From: Octopus vulgaris
Taxonomy: Eukaryota
Assembly: GCA_951406725.2 (NCBI GenBank)
Contig: OX597825.1
Coordinates: 25,544,001-25,608,000 of the forward strand
Direction: 5' to 3'
DNA length: 64,000 bases
The position numbers were made by a program, and so were the translations under genes. The first letter of the stretch is position 1. Every line of letters begins with the position of its first letter. A model generated the notes under the pieces. The model saw nothing but the letters and a program-made list of their open reading frames with translations. It ran no database searches and had not been told where the DNA came from. Shown piece by piece: positions 27,079 to 42,476 of this stretch.

Positions 27079-27149
27079 GTGTGTATATGTTAAATGATAA
27101 TATGAAATTTTCAATATAAGATGAGACACAATGGAGACATACATACACA

Positions 27150-27320
27150 TCTATTATATAAAATCCCTTCTGTCTGTTTGTGTGTGTGTCTTCGAGGATC
27201 TCGGGCATCCTCCATCCGATTGCGCTCAAATTTGATATGTAGATACCGACGGTATCGGGGCGTTTTTAATTTTTGAAAAACTTACAAAATTCGATTCCAG
27301 GTGAGAATGTGATCGATAAG
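27150..27320 (+). mobile_element. Helitron-like 5' end, truncated by a SINE
   Basis: A|TCTATTATATAAAA start resembling 39638, then tctgtctgtttgtgtg...aaatttg. Confidence 0.55.
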
Positions 27321-27321
27321 A

Positions 27322-27492
27322 ACTTTTTTAGTCGAACGAATCGACCCCAGTATGTATTATTTTAAAGCCTGGTACTTATTGCATCGGTCACTTTTACCGA
27401 ACCGCTAACTTGCAGGTACGTAAACACACCAACGCTAGTTGTTAAAGCAGTGGTAGGGGACTAACACAGAACATAGAACTAAGACACACACA

Positions 27493-27538
<46 letters not shown>

Positions 27539-27722
27539 TACACACATACACACAAATATGTATATACATATATACACAACAGGATTCTTTCAGTTTCCGT
27601 CCAACAAATCCATTCACAAGGCTTCGGTTGGCACGAAGCTAAAATAAAAGGCAGTTGCCCAAGGTGCCATGCAATGGGACTGAACTCAGGACAATGCGGT
27701 TTGCAAGCTTCTTACCACACAG
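27322..27722 (-). mobile_element. SINE type A
   Basis: tttagtcgaacgaatcgaccccag...cttaccacacag. Confidence 0.85.
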
Positions 27723-28386
27723 TTACTAATCCTTTAGTAAGTAAAATTTGGCTGTCTGTAATAGGAAAGTACCCTAAAATTACCTGTTCATGTGTCCCTA
27801 CAAAGATGACTCATTAAACAGACTATCTGAAGTAATGATTGGGAACACTTATCATTTGAGTAGAGAGTAGTTCGTGTGATTCACCTTGATTACACTTTGT
27901 CTGAAGGGGAGAGGGAAAAGGAGGGCATAACGGCGATTTCTCTGTCAGCTCTTCAGGCCATCCGTCATCGATGTGAAAGAGATATTAAGTTGTTGGTTTT
28001 AAATCAACAACACCTGGTTTGATGGAAGGTTAGATTCCCATCTTTATAGTAATTAGAAGTGTCCGCTATTGGCTCTTTAATGAAAGGTGGACTCCCGGAA
28101 GCAATGGGACACCGTGACATGATAAAATTTCTCAGTTAAAACCGTTTGATTTCAATTACGCTGCTATTACCATTGGGAAATGCATACAAATCACAGCAAT
28201 TCTTTGTTCTGTTTTTAAGTATTCTTTCGCTTTATAAAATCCATTTAACTTCACACGACCTCCGAATGCTTTGAGGAAAGATATAAATAAACATAACAAC
28301 TTGCCTATTGTCCATTACACACAGAAACACAAATACACACGTATACACGCGAATATACATGCACACACACATGCATGTATATATAC

Positions 28387-28423
<37 letters not shown>

Positions 28424-28810
28424 CATGTATATATGCACCTATATATTTGTATATTTTTGTATGTATATATATGATATATATACACACATATATATGTGTA
28501 TATATATATATGTATATATATATATATGTATATGTATATATATATGTATATATATATATATACATATATATATGTATGTATATATACATATATGTATATA
28601 TATAAATATATATATATTTATATGTATATATATATGTATATATTTATATATTTACATGTATATATATAATATATATTTGTTTCTATATATTTATACATAT
28701 ATATATGTTTGTATATATGCATATATATATATTTTTGCATGCATGCATATACATACATACATGCATACATACATACATACATACTTATATATATTTATGT
28801 GTGTGTGTGT

Positions 28811-28858
<48 letters not shown>

Positions 28859-29209
28859 CTATAATGCTTATGAGTGTGATCAAAGAACGATTTTACTTTG
28901 CTTGTACTGAAAGCGTGGACCGTGAAACTTAGAAAAATACGAAGTAGAATTTATCTTGTTTTATGTACAAAGTCACGGAATATGATGAAGGACGCCATGA
29001 GTGAGTGAAAGACACAAATCGCTAGTTTATGTACGAGTTGTTAGTTAAGAGATGGAAATGGTGAAACGAAATCAAGCCAGAGGAGAAAATGTCAGTTTAC
29101 AGCTAAATAACAAAAAATTGTAAGTAAAGTAAATATTTCAATAATATTTTAGGTTTTTATATTTGCTGACAACAGATTATTTGGAATAAACAATGACAAT
29201 GCTGTTTTA

Positions 29210-29430
29210 TCTTTTAGATTTTCCATTCTTTTAGTCATCGAATTGCCGCTATGCTGCGGCACCGCCTAAAATAGTTTAGTCGAACAAATTGACCCTAGAG
29301 ACTTTTTAAACGACTGGTTCATATTCTACCAGTGTCTATTTTTTTGTTTTGTAGTTTTTTGTATTTTTTGTATTTTTTTTGTTTATATCCGCTAAGTTGC
29401 GAGGATATAAACAAAGCATTACCGGTTGGC
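29210..29430 (-). mobile_element. SINE type A 3' half, degenerate
   Basis: atgctgcggcaccgcc...tttagtcgaacaaattgaccc...ccgctaagtt. Confidence 0.7.
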
Positions 29431-29572
29431 AGGTGGGGGAGAGAAAGATACAAACTCAAAGACACATAGATACATAGATGCATAGATACATATACATACA
29501 TATATATGTATGTATGTATGTATATATATACACACACACACATATATATATATATATACATACATACATACA

Positions 29573-29618
<46 letters not shown>

Positions 29619-29696
29619 CATGACGTTCACACACACAGTTTCCGACTACCAGATTCCCTCAGAAGGCATTGGTTGCTCTGGGGCTGTAAGCAGGGG

Positions 29697-30300
29697 ATAT
29701 ATTCTGAAGATGCTAAAAATTTGCATCCACAGACTAGGTGGTCCACTGTTTCACTCACATAATTTCAGAACCAGCTCATTAGATCTCCTCCCTTTTTTTT
29801 ATCACATTATCTTGGTAGTTACGGGTCAATAAGCTTTGACCTTGAGTAGGTTAAACGAATGCTTCGCTCTCTGCCTTTAGCCCGGAGCTTTGTAGGGTTT
29901 GTTTCTGGTCAACATCGACTTCTTTGCTAAGGGCCACGTATTTGCCATGCAGAGATCTCGTTCCCATCTATACCAGCCAATTTTCCAGGCGCAGATTTTT
30001 GCCATCAATCTTACTTGATTTTTTTGGCAATATCAGTTGCCACACTTTCCTCAGGCTGTTCAACCTGGGTACGATTCGTGAGATCAATAGATAAAAAAAG
30101 GAGCTTCCTACGCCTGTTGTGATTTTCAACGAGTTTTAGCATCCATTCATTAGTTGTTCCAAGATATTAAGACAGTTGTAGTTGTTTTGCAAGCAAATTC
30201 AAACACTGTCATCGCTTGACCTCCTTCGGCTCTGAGAAAGTAAATACGATCTACGTCTGCGTTTGGGTGCTACATTTTGTAACATATCAAAAGCTTACTA
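29697..30300 (-). pseudogene. R4/Dong-type LINE internal fragment (RT thumb to zinc knuckle)
   Basis: PNADVDRIYFLRAEGGQ...SSGLKAESEAF...[14 protein letters not shown]...[18 protein letters not shown]. Confidence 0.8.
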
Positions 30301-30304
30301 ATCT

Positions 30305-30780
<476 letters not shown>

Positions 30781-31330
30781 AGACACCGCATAGTATCCAA
30801 TATCGTGATGTTGTTGATTGAAGATATTGTGTCTAGCGGGAGTTTATATCGTCAGTCAAGTCAAAACAACGTCCTCAAACAGACAGTAATTTACGCAATA
30901 TGTGTGTGCAGTTCCAAATAATGCCAACTTTTGAAAGACACCTAGAATTGTGTAGGGAATTTCTAAAGTTTTCAGATGTTTTTGTAGGTTGGATGTTATC
31001 GAATCCAATGCTCCGATGACAACAGGGACAAACTAAGTGTGACTCACGTAGCTGACACATCTTGGCGATTACAATTCTCAGATCTCCGTAGTTATTAATC
31101 TTTTCTCTTTCTTTCATGATGATATGTTGATCTCCTCCCAGAGGATTTTTACTTTCACCTTTTCGTCCATTACCTTTTCCGGTGTACGTTGATACCAAGC
31201 ACCCGTTACCGCGTCTCATACTTCCGGCATATTAGCCAGTGAAGGTTTTGGGCTACCTTGTCGTGTCTGGGCTTATACTCTTGACAATGTGAGTCACGCT
31301 TCCCATGCATTCTACAGAGGTTTGTTGCAA
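30781..31330 (-). mobile_element. R4/Dong-type LINE 3' end with an internal deletion
   Basis: EYKPRHDKVAQNLHWLICRKY...VKILW / GDQHIIMKEREKINNYGDLRI...VPVVIGAL...QKLALFGTAH/ILRKLLSV*. The UTR runs into (TAA)n. Confidence 0.85.
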
Positions 31331-31360
31331 TAAAATAATAACAATAATAACAACAACAAC

Positions 31361-31416
<56 letters not shown>

Positions 31417-31504
31417 CAACAACAGTAATAATATTGATAATAATAATAATAATAATAATAATAGTAATAATAATAGTAATAGTTATAATAATAATTATTA
31501 TTAA

Positions 31505-31695
31505 GGAGGCGAACTAGCAGAATCGTTGCCGCGCCGGGTAAAATGCTTAGCAGTATTTCGTCCGTGTTTACGTTCTGATTTCAAATTCCACCAAGGCCGC
31601 ATTTGCCTTTCATCCTTTCAGGGTCGATAAAATAAGTACCAGTTGAAAACTGGGGTTGATATACGCGACTTATCCACTGTGCCAAAATTTTAAAT
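31505..31695 (+). mobile_element. SINE type B variant (gtgccaaaattt tail)
   Basis: ggcgaactagcagaatcgtt...gcctttcatcctttcagggtcgataaaataagtaccag. Confidence 0.85.
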
Positions 31696-32191
31696 GATCA
31701 CAATTATTATTATTATGGTTCTTGTTGCTTTTAAAAGTAGATTTGAGTTCGCAACGTATAATCAATTGCAGCGAAATCAAAATTGCTTTCGTTTCCTATA
31801 TTCAATTTGAGGAAAGGAAAAATTTTAGGATATAAATCTCTGCTGGCTCGAACGATTGCCCTGTCAGATATTTCTTATATTTAGAGCGGTTCTCCCGCCA
31901 ACTGTAACCGCGTTTCATTTAATGGCGTCTTCTCCAGCGAAAGACTGCTAATTCAAAAATGGCTGATATTAAAATAAACTGCTATACATGTGAACGTTTT
32001 CCACCCACTGCCTACTCTTTCGCTTTATATAAATTTAAATGGATGATACGCACATGTACACTAACACACACGTAAATAGAGCAATACATATGTGCATATA
32101 TACATACACACATGCACATATCTGAAGGAACTTAATATGTGTATATCCATATATCAATTGAAGCATTTATCTATATATATCTATATATTTG

Positions 32192-32247
<56 letters not shown>

Positions 32248-32546
32248 CATATATATATATGTATATATGCATATATACGTATATACGGTTTTTCATGAAT
32301 ATAATACATGCATGCGTATATACACACACACTCTCTCACACACACACTCTCACACACACATATATATGTATATAAGTATATATGCATTATACGTATGTAT
32401 ATACACATCCAAACACACATATATACCCTATATACGTGCATGCAATTGACTAAATGTATGTAGGTATGTATTGTAGGTATGAGTTTATAATGCCTGTATA
32501 CATACACACACATGCATACGGCATATATACATAGAAACGTACATAT

Positions 32547-32651
<105 letters not shown>

Positions 32652-33779
32652 TATATACATACATGTATCTATGCATGTAGAGCTTAAAAGCAATCTATTT
32701 ACCAATAACCCTGTGTTTATTTCATCTAAAGTTTTTTTTTTCTTGTACAGCAGAAGCTATTTCAGCACTTTTCATCTCAACTGCCATTCGTTTATTGCTT
32801 GAATCCGAATTTTATTATTTATTTATTTAGCTATTTATATATATTTTCTTCTTTATAATTTTTGTGTTGAGGTTTTATCAACTTGAAATCATATTGGCTT
32901 CTGACCTCAGTTAAGCATAACGAATCGGTCAAGGCCCGTTTATTTCTAAGTCACTAAACTCATTCACATCAAAGACATAAAAGAAAAAGAACTAATAAAA
33001 AAGTAAAAATAAAAAAAAACGGTCATTTGTCTAGTTTTTCTCATTGGAGCAAACGGGCGATTTTATTTTGCACCAAAGAAAGCTAAAAAAAAAACAACAA
33101 TAAATTAAAAAGAAACGATAAAACAAAATAAAATAAAATAATCAGAAACAAAAGATATTAAAGAAAAATAAATACCTACATCAACTAACGTTTCAAAATT
33201 TTCAAATGGAAGATTTCCTGTAAAAATAGAATATTTTTAGGAAGAAAGAATAATACGGTTAATCTACCATAAATACGAAACCGAGGTAATGGGCAATTTA
33301 TAGATAACATCTTTATGTCTTAGACAATTATAATCTGCGATTTAACGTTTGGTATTTGTTATACAATGGTTAGGAATATAAACAACCATTCAAAGTTTTA
33401 TTACTTTGTTTTAATCGGTCTGTGAGTCACAGATGATGAAAAAGTTGACGGATCCTATCCCATTCATTGGTACTATTCTGTATCATTGTCAAATACAGTT
33501 GTTACCTTTCCTATAATTCTCCTATAGGCTAATATAACCAGGTGTGGAGGTACAGTTCATTGCTGTAAGGCCGACATGTTGGACTGTGTACATGACGTGT
33601 AATGAGGTTTATTTAATTAGTTTTTTGTTGTTATTAAATAATCAACCGGAGAATATTGGAGAAGAAAATCCGGTGTAAAAGGAGATAAACCTCTATTTCC
33701 GGTCACTTGAGAGGGTACAAAGCCCCCTGTAAAAGATTTACTCGTATTCATAATATTGATATTCAGTCTGTTAATCGAC

Positions 33780-34170
33780 CCATTAACCAACCAACCATTC
33801 AAGCAAGCAAGCAACCAACTAACAAACCAACTAACCAAGCAACCAACCAAACAATCAACCAACCAACCAACCAACCAACCAACCAATCAACCAAACAATC
33901 AACCAGCCAACCAGCCAGCCAACCAATCGACCAACCAGCCAACCAACCAACGAACCAATCAACCAACGAACCAACCAACTAACGAACCAACCAACTAACC
34001 AACCAATCAACTAACCAACCAATCAACCTACCAACCAGCCAGCCAGCCAGCCAACCAACCAACCAACCAACCAACCAACTAACCAACCAACCAATCAGTC
34101 AGTCAATCAATCAATCAATTCAATTATCAACCAATCAATCAGTTTATCTATGAACCAATCAAATCAATCA
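33780..34170. repeat. Degenerate (AACC)n/(AATC)n array
   Basis: Direct reading of the sequence. Confidence 0.9.
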
Positions 34171-34568
34171 GTATATGTATTTACAGAAGTTGAAAATCGA
34201 GACAGAGAGAAAGACACACCATTGTTAGAAATTGTTTATACATCATTATATATACGTCGTCGCTTACAGTTACTTCTAAGCGCCTCTTACTCATTCTTAA
34301 TCTTCTGCTCACAAGCCTCATTAATACGTAACCTTGGCAACTTGCACAAGATTTGCATTGTATTGTTTTATAAATGTATATAAATCTTGAAATCATTCTC
34401 CTACGAGACAAAGCAAGCTAGTATTGTTTAACACAAAAGCAAAAGCACTACAAGCGTGAATGAAATATTTCTTGACTGCATTTATAAACAGCATTAGACC
34501 AGTCAAAGTTGTCACTTGTTCTACATCGAATGATTTTTGTGTATATCTCTCCTAGCACGTCACATGTA

Positions 34569-34910
34569 TCTTCTTATTCTTAATCCTTTTTGCCCCTTGT
34601 GTAGCATAGGGTCTCAACAGTTGTTTTCCACTTTCTGCTGTGATAGGCGTGTTTCTTGGCTGCTTCCTATGTGAGGCCGGCGGTCCTGAGCTCGTCCAAA
34701 ATACTCCGCTTCCATATCTGCTTCGGGCGTCCTCGCTTCCTTTTCCCCTGCGGGTTCCCGTCAAGTGCTTGTTGTGTTACATTTGAGGGTTCTTTCTATA
34801 GTGTGTGTCCGATTCATCTCCATTTCCTTCATCTAATCTGAACATGTATGGGCTCCTGGTTGGCCCTTTCCCACAGGTCGGTGTTTGGCACTCTGTCGAA
34901 CCATTTCTCT
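34569..34910 (-). mobile_element. RTE-clade LINE 3' end
   Basis: WFDRVPNTDLWERANQEPIHVQIR*RKWR*IGHTL...QALDGNPQGKRKRGRPKQIWKRS...TLC. Confidence 0.88.
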
Positions 34911-34999
34911 ACATGTATAACATTGCTAAATCTGTATTTCAAAATTAGAAAATATTTCGACCCTTTTAAACAAAATATTTTTCTTTTATATTTGCCATT

Positions 35000-35560
35000 G
35001 CAGCAGCAGTCCATTGGCAAAAAATGGTGCATCGAGCATGTATGCGAGGCGTAGCATTTGGCGGCAAATGTACCGCCTAAATATTGTTGCGACCACAAAT
35101 CAGGGAATGGCTCCTCCAAGGCCAGAAAACACTTCAATCTCCAACAAGACTGTCTGCAGTGCTCAGGCAAGGATATCAATGGAGGCGTACTCTCACCTCT
35201 GGGCGCTGCAACAACACATAAGGCATCCTCAAAAATTTTCCAGAGAACTCGGACTGATTGGCAAAAAGGCACTCACAAACACACTTCGGTCTCTAATCTG
35301 CATACATAACACCTCTCTCTACTATTTTTACCTCTACATTAATGGCATCTGCTCTTCGGGACTGGCTGGTCTCTTGGCACATACTTTCTGAAACTTTTGA
35401 TTCACCCATCTTTCCTTCAAATAACACTAACATTGTATTTAACTCTCCAGCAACAACTATGCCCTATCCTTCAATCACGGATTTCTAGTACTCTCTCCTT
35501 GCTTATCTCTTTCCTGCAACAGTCCTGCAGCACCGGTTGAAGCAGAACGTCAACGATACC
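35000..35560 (+). mobile_element. L2/CR1-group LINE RT C-terminal fragment, decayed
   Basis: KARKHF...AQARISMEAYSHLW...YFYLYINGICSSGLAGL. A related fragment YYNGLCFSDLA lies on the minus strand at ~48500-48750. Confidence 0.6.
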
Positions 35561-36205
35561 AATTTCTCTCTGCACTTTGAGGGCATAAAAAGACCATTGA
35601 TACTGCTCCTTCCCCCAGGACCAACAAAAGAGAATCGTTACATCTCTATATTCTGGCTACCGAAAAACGTCCACTAAAACTACTTACTATGAATCACCTC
35701 TGAGATTTTACAGGCAGCAGGGATACTTTTCTTAATTTATCTTTTTCTTTCCTTTGCTTTTAACTAAATCTGTGGACATACGAATCTATTGTCTAGTTGT
35801 TTTTCAAACTATTTATATAAACCAAAGTCAGTACCTTTTCAATTCACTTCTTTTTGCCTTTAAATTTGTATTTTCATTTACATCACTATTCCTTTGTCGA
35901 GACTTTTCTTTTGTTTTTAGTTTCTTTTCGTGTTTTCATCTTTGTTCTGTCAAGGTCGTTTTGTTTTTGAATATTTGGAGACAATTTTCGTTATGTACAT
36001 ATAGAGTGGTTTTCAAATATCTGTTTATAGTACAAATCTATTGAATTTAAATTGAATAGACTTGCACTATAATATAAGTTTTTAAGAATTTAAATTCAAT
36101 AGAATTTTACTTTAAGAGGATATTTGAAACATACAATATATACATGCATACACACACACACGTGTGCGTCTATATGTACGTATGTATATATGGAGGTTTA
36201 AATAC

Positions 36206-36247
<42 letters not shown>

Positions 36248-36738
36248 TCTGTATATATAAATAAACATACACATACACATATATATATATATATATAAAT
36301 ATGTCTCGGATAAAACAGAATCCAGGGAGATTGGTAGTGGTTTGTCATGGTAAGTCTTCTATTATTTTCAAACAAGCGACAGAAGGAGCACTATGAAACT
36401 AGTGTGAGCAATGGAGTATACATACATAATACACACACACATACACGTGCACATACATACATACATACATACATACATACATACATACATACATACATAC
36501 ATGCATATTTTTATACAAAGTATGGGGATTTAGTTCACAGGTGATTTAAACAATTAGGTACGCTAGGTAAGTGCTAAACGGATTACTAGGGCTCCAAGGT
36601 TATAGCCGAGACAGTAGTTATGGAACCATTGCAGATTTCCGATACAGCGAATATATAATTGTTAAAGAGGACAACGAACGTTAAAGCAAGGCAAATATCT
36701 TAAGTCATATACATTATTATTATTGGAAAAAAATTCAA

Positions 36739-36796
36739 TGTCTTACAGCTGTTTCTCTGATATCCCAGAGTATGGGATAATCCGTCATCAGAGGCA
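36739..36796 (-). ncRNA. Minimal type-I HHR, same family as 3298-3345
   Basis: tgcct-CTGATGA-..[tatccca tactc tgggata]..-GAA-ACAGCTGT-A-agaca. Confidence 0.72.
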
Positions 36797-36811
36797 AATA
36801 GGGAAAATGAG

Positions 36812-37650
36812 AAGGATCTGGAGAATCAGGAGGCCAAATTCTGGGGATGATGTGATCCTGCAAATTGTTGGCCATCCATTCTTGTGTTATTAGCGTGATG
36901 GTGCAGAATCTTGTTGAAAGACATAAGGCCTTCCATTGCAAACACTGTTGATCCAAGGCTTAACAACTTTATCCAGAACCTCAATATATGCAGCAGCATT
37001 CACCCGAAGACCTTGTGGAGAATAGTGAGGAGGCATCACATGTCCTTCATTGCTAATAACAACCAAGAGCATGGCAGTTGCAGGAAATTTTGTGTGCATT
37101 ACTCTTGGAACCTCAGAAGGGTCTGTACATAGCCATCTGTAATTTCTTCTGTTAGTTTTCTGATCCTGATCGAAGATTTTTTCATCTGAGAAAAAACAAA
37201 TCACACTATCTTCTGGTGGATTTTTAAGTTTGCTCAAAAGTCATTTGAATCTGATTAAACGGTTTTCTTTTGTATTTTTCTGGCATAAATTGACTTCTCC
37301 TCATCACGTAAAATTTGTGTCTGATGTCTTCATGTACAACATTTCTGATTGTTTTTTCGAACTTCTTTTGCAATTGATCTCTTTGATTTTCCTGGATTGT
37401 CTTCAATGTTTAGCTTAAATTCTTGAATTAATTCAGGTGTCCTGATAGAACCAGAGTATTTGGAATGCGTTTTACGTTTTGATATAGGAAATACGCTTCC
37501 TTCTTCTTTCTCTAACTCACACCGAATCTTGTGGACAAAAGATGCTGCAACTTTCAGAAAACAAGAAATTTCTAAATCACTTTACTTAACCTTCAAAGCG
37601 ACAAACACAGCATTAGTAAGCATAGGGCCTGTCATTGTTATTTTCTGAAA
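36812..37650 (-). pseudogene. maT/DD37D-like Tc1-mariner transposase remnant
   Basis: FFSDEKIFDQDQKTNRRNYRWL...TKFPA...NEGHVMPPH...VVKPWI...YVFQQDSAP...WPPDSPD. The 3' end is replaced by the HHR-bearing fragment. Confidence 0.85.
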
Positions 37651-37684
37651 TAGAAGTTCAATAAAAATTAGCTAAATGAAATAA

Positions 37685-37822
37685 TGACAAATCCACTCAC
37701 AAGGTTTCGATGGGCCCGAGCCTATATTTATTATAGAAGACACGTGCTCATACTGCCACGCAGCGGTATTGAACTATGAACAGTGTGGAAAAAAGCTTCT
37801 TACCTTACAGCCTTGCCTGCCC
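37685..37822 (-). mobile_element. SINE type A 5' part, degenerate
   Basis: aaatccactcacaagg...gccacgcag...cttcttacc. Confidence 0.7.
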
Positions 37823-38328
37823 CCATATATATTTATACAACGCTATGTAACCATAATCCTTAAGTCTAACTGCTAAAATCTATGATTAAGTTGATGCAAT
37901 CGGTCAGAACATTTATTACGAAAAATAAAAGGTGTGGTTTCGACTTCCAGGCGATGTAATGACCATTTTGTTTCCGTCGATGGCTTGTGTGCCTCAACAT
38001 TTGACTATTTTCTGTAGACAATACGTAGTGAACGCTTATAAGGTTATAATTATTATTTACAGAATATGTACATATGTGTTTGTGTGTACGGAAGTGATAG
38101 TTTATTTCTTCAGAAGTGCTATGAAACGTGTTGTGTGGGCAACTGAAATTCCAGATGTTTCGGCTTGGTTAATTACCTTTGACAAATGTTCAATATATTT
38201 AATTTCTGTCTCTGTCTACGTTAGAAGATAAATAAAATTATCGAAAAAAAAATGTAATTTCAAGAAAGGAACAAAGTAAATTAATTTTTCGCAGAATCTT
38301 TATAGATAAGAGAGAGACGGAAAGGGAG

Positions 38329-38378
<50 letters not shown>

Positions 38379-38775
38379 GAGAGTTAAATATTATGTTATT
38401 AGAGAATAAGTGATGCAGACGAACTAGTAGATGTGAGAAACGAAAAAAAATTATGATCCTTCCCTAAGAAGAATATGACAGAATTTATTGGAAAGAAAAG
38501 GCATTCCTAAAATAGGAAGCTAGCCTTAAGCATAACAAGGAAGTGAGAGACAGGAAGATATAACACTTGTGTATTTTTTTTTTCTTTTGATGCCAACAGG
38601 TATATTCGTGACAAAAGTTTCCGTATGAGAATAGGAAACGAGGTCGATACATTGGTTTGGCCCCGATTTTCATTCCAACTGTCGCAAATGAAAAGAATTC
38701 GAGCAACAAGGTTCTGTAAGTACAACGAAATAATTTGATGCGTGTAGAATTTCCCAGAGATACTGCTTGTGCCTA

Positions 38776-39148
<373 letters not shown>

Positions 39149-39211
39149 CTACTTCGTTTTTGTATCTGGTTTGCAAGATTCTTTGTGTGAATTCGTGTGT
39201 TGAAATAAATT

Positions 39212-39463
39212 TTGTTGTGTCTAGGGAGAGTCATTATGGCATTAATATTATTAACACATGACTTTCGAAGGCCATTGAAAATATTGCAACTAGCAGCGAA
39301 ATAGGTTTGAAAAACAACAACAAAACAAATGACTGACTGTTTAACCAAATTAAACAAGCAATCTATTAGTTAGCTGGATATTAAACCAAATTACTAATAA
39401 GAAAGGGATGGAATTTAACCAGTGCGTGTGTTAATAATATTGGTGTAATGACTCTCCCTAGAT

Positions 39464-39470
<7 letters not shown>
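39212..39470. mobile_element. ~260-bp element with ~45-bp imperfect terminal inverted repeats (MITE-like)
   Basis: ttgttgtgtctagggagagtcatta...aatattattaacaca (39212-39258) pairs with 39427-39470. Confidence 0.7.
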
Positions 39471-39522
<52 letters not shown>

Positions 39523-39637
39523 ATAATTAAGGGCTAAAGAAGCCAATACGCTTTTTAATATACTGCCACGCTTTCTGATGGAATCCTTTTGTGTAGAGAA
39601 AGGGACTTCATCCTATATTGTTAGTAGTATATATATA

Positions 39638-40149
39638 TCTATATATATAAAACTGTAGTTGTGTGAGTGTCTGTCCCCTTCGATTTAGATTCCTAACTAC
39701 TCCCACATTTTGCGGTGCAGTTTAACCAAATTCGGGTATCTTATAGTCGTGATTCATATCGAGCCCGTCTGAGTATTAGCGCGCGTCTACGATGAGTCTA
39801 CGATTTAAAAAATAATTTAGCATCATTTTTTATTCCATTTTAATGCATAATTTTTCGTGTGTCGATGGCGGCGGAGTTGGCGTCCATGGTCACACCTGCA
39901 CCTGTTTGCTTCTCCCCTTCTTCCCTCCCTCGTGAAGCTGTGGGGAAGGGAGTGTAAGGAAATCAACGTCGTAAAGCGTTGTCAAGGAGACCAGCGTTCT
40001 TTTAGAACAACGACTTCATGGCTTGAAGACACTAAAACAGAAATGGCTAAGAAAGCCCGAATTGGCATTTATAAGGGAAGTAACTCTCTAAAAATGCTTA
40101 TATAGTTATTTCCCTTACAAATCCGAGCAACGCCGGGCGATACTGCTAG
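39638..40149 (+). mobile_element. Complete non-autonomous Helitron, 512 bp
   Basis: A|TC start, 3' hairpin tccgagcaacgccggg (40122-40137), CTAG|T end, no TSD. Confidence 0.88.
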
Positions 40150-40237
40150 TATATATATATATAATACTTTTTGATATATATTTAAAAAAATGTATAATTA
40201 AAAAAGTAAAAAAAATAATAAATAAAATATAAAAAAA

Positions 40238-40347
<110 letters not shown>

Positions 40348-40515
40348 TAGTATCTTAAAAAATTATTTAAATTTTAACTTTAAATTTTGAATTTTATATT
40401 TTATATATTTTGTCTATTATATTAATCAATTTTATTTCTATGTTTTGGTTTATGTTTTTCACTGTTTGATTTGCCTAATAGTGGTTTTATCTCTAATTTA
40501 ATATATATAAATATA

Positions 40516-40560
40516 CTAGCAGAGATACCCAGCGTTGCTCGAGACTAAAATGGAATAGTT
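40516..40560 (-). mobile_element. Helitron 3' terminus
   Basis: Minus strand ctcgagcaacgctgggtatctctgCTAG|T, homologous to 40122-40150. Confidence 0.75.
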
Positions 40561-41319
40561 TCTTATTGTTTTACTTGCATCGGTCATGTGATTGCGGCCA
40601 TGCTGGAGAACCACCTTTACGCAGAGAAATTGACAAAACGGTTTCTCCTTTGTAAGCATACATACACACAGATATGTAATATACATATACACACATATAT
40701 ATGCATATATATATGTATATATAAATGGATATATAGATATAGATGAGTGTATGTATGTATATATATATATATATATGTATGTCAGTGTGCGTGTATCTAT
40801 ATTATAATCGTCTGTATGATATATGAAATACAAATATAACCGCAAATGGATACCTATCTGTGTGTACGGGCGTGTGTGTGTGTATGTGCGTGTGTGTGTA
40901 TGTGCATGTGTGTGTATGTGCGTGTGAGAAATATGACTGAATGTCTTGCTCTCAATTTTTGCAATTGTTTTGCTTTTACTAGAGTTCTTTAATGTGTCAC
41001 ATGCAATATGTATTTGTTATGACACACACAGACACGCACAGACAGGCGTGTGCACACACTGACACACACAAACAGACGCTTATGTGTGTGTGTATTTGTG
41101 TATGAGTGTGTCTGTGGCTGTGTGTCCGGAATAAAAGAAAGCCATTGAAACCGAAACAATAACAAACAGAAAAAGATATTTAAAGAACATATCAAAGGCG
41201 AAAACATAAAATAAAAGTACAACATCAAATATTGCAAAAAGAACAAAAAAAGAAGCAGGTAAATCATAATAAAAAAACATATATATATATATATGTATAT
41301 ATGAACATATATACGTAAA

Positions 41320-41442
<123 letters not shown>

Positions 41443-42388
41443 GTACATATATACGTAAATATATCTATATATATATATATGTATATAAATATATATATAT
41501 ATATGTAAATATATATGTATATTATATATATATTTATATATATATATATATATATATAGGCAAATATATACATATATTTATATACGTATATGTATATATA
41601 CATACGTGTATAAATATATACTAATATATGTAAATATATATGTACATGTGTATATATGGCTGCAGCTCCTAGCTGAAACTTTAAAAAAAAAATATATATA
41701 CATGTATGTGTGTATGTTTATATTTCCGTGTGTGTAGACGTGTGTGTCTGTGTGTGTGTGTGTGTGTGTGTGCGGGCTGTTTATGTGCTGTGAGTGTGAA
41801 GCAAACACATTCTTTTTGACACCCAGTAGAAATGCATGAAACGCAGTAAGTCAACCTCCATTGATTCTGGCTACAACGAACACAACACCTTCGTTGTCAT
41901 TGAATTGAAACTTTGCAACCTACTTCGTTTCACATGTGTAAATGACGGGATTATTGCTATACATCGTCAGTCAATACGAAAAGTCAAATGTATGTCTTGC
42001 GTTGCGTTTTTTTATGATTTCTGCGACATGTTTTTCACTTTTGTATCACTGTATTTTTTTTCGTTTTATATTTCGACATTTTTGTTCGTTCCCGTTCGCG
42101 CCAAAACGCCACCAATATAAATGTTATTTGTCTATTTTATCTACTCAAGTTGATGAATGCATTCAAGTAATTCATTAAATAGCTATTTGATACTGAAAAG
42201 GTGGCAAAGAAGGATATATACATATACCCCTCTTATCTCTCTCTCTCTCCCCCTCTTTCTCTGTCTGTCTCTCTGTCTACCGATATATCTATCGATATAT
42301 ATACATCAATTATATATATATACAAAGTATATGTATATCAGTTACGTATATATATACATACACATCTCTCTCTCCCTCTTTCTCTCTC

Positions 42389-42428
<40 letters not shown>

Positions 42429-42429
42429 A

Positions 42430-42476
<47 letters not shown>

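Noticed and set aside
27929-27962. Minus-strand gatggc-CTGAAGA-gctgacaga-GAAA-TC-gccgtt HHR-like match
   Set aside because: Stem III is essentially absent and the stem II loop is sterically impossible; may be chance.
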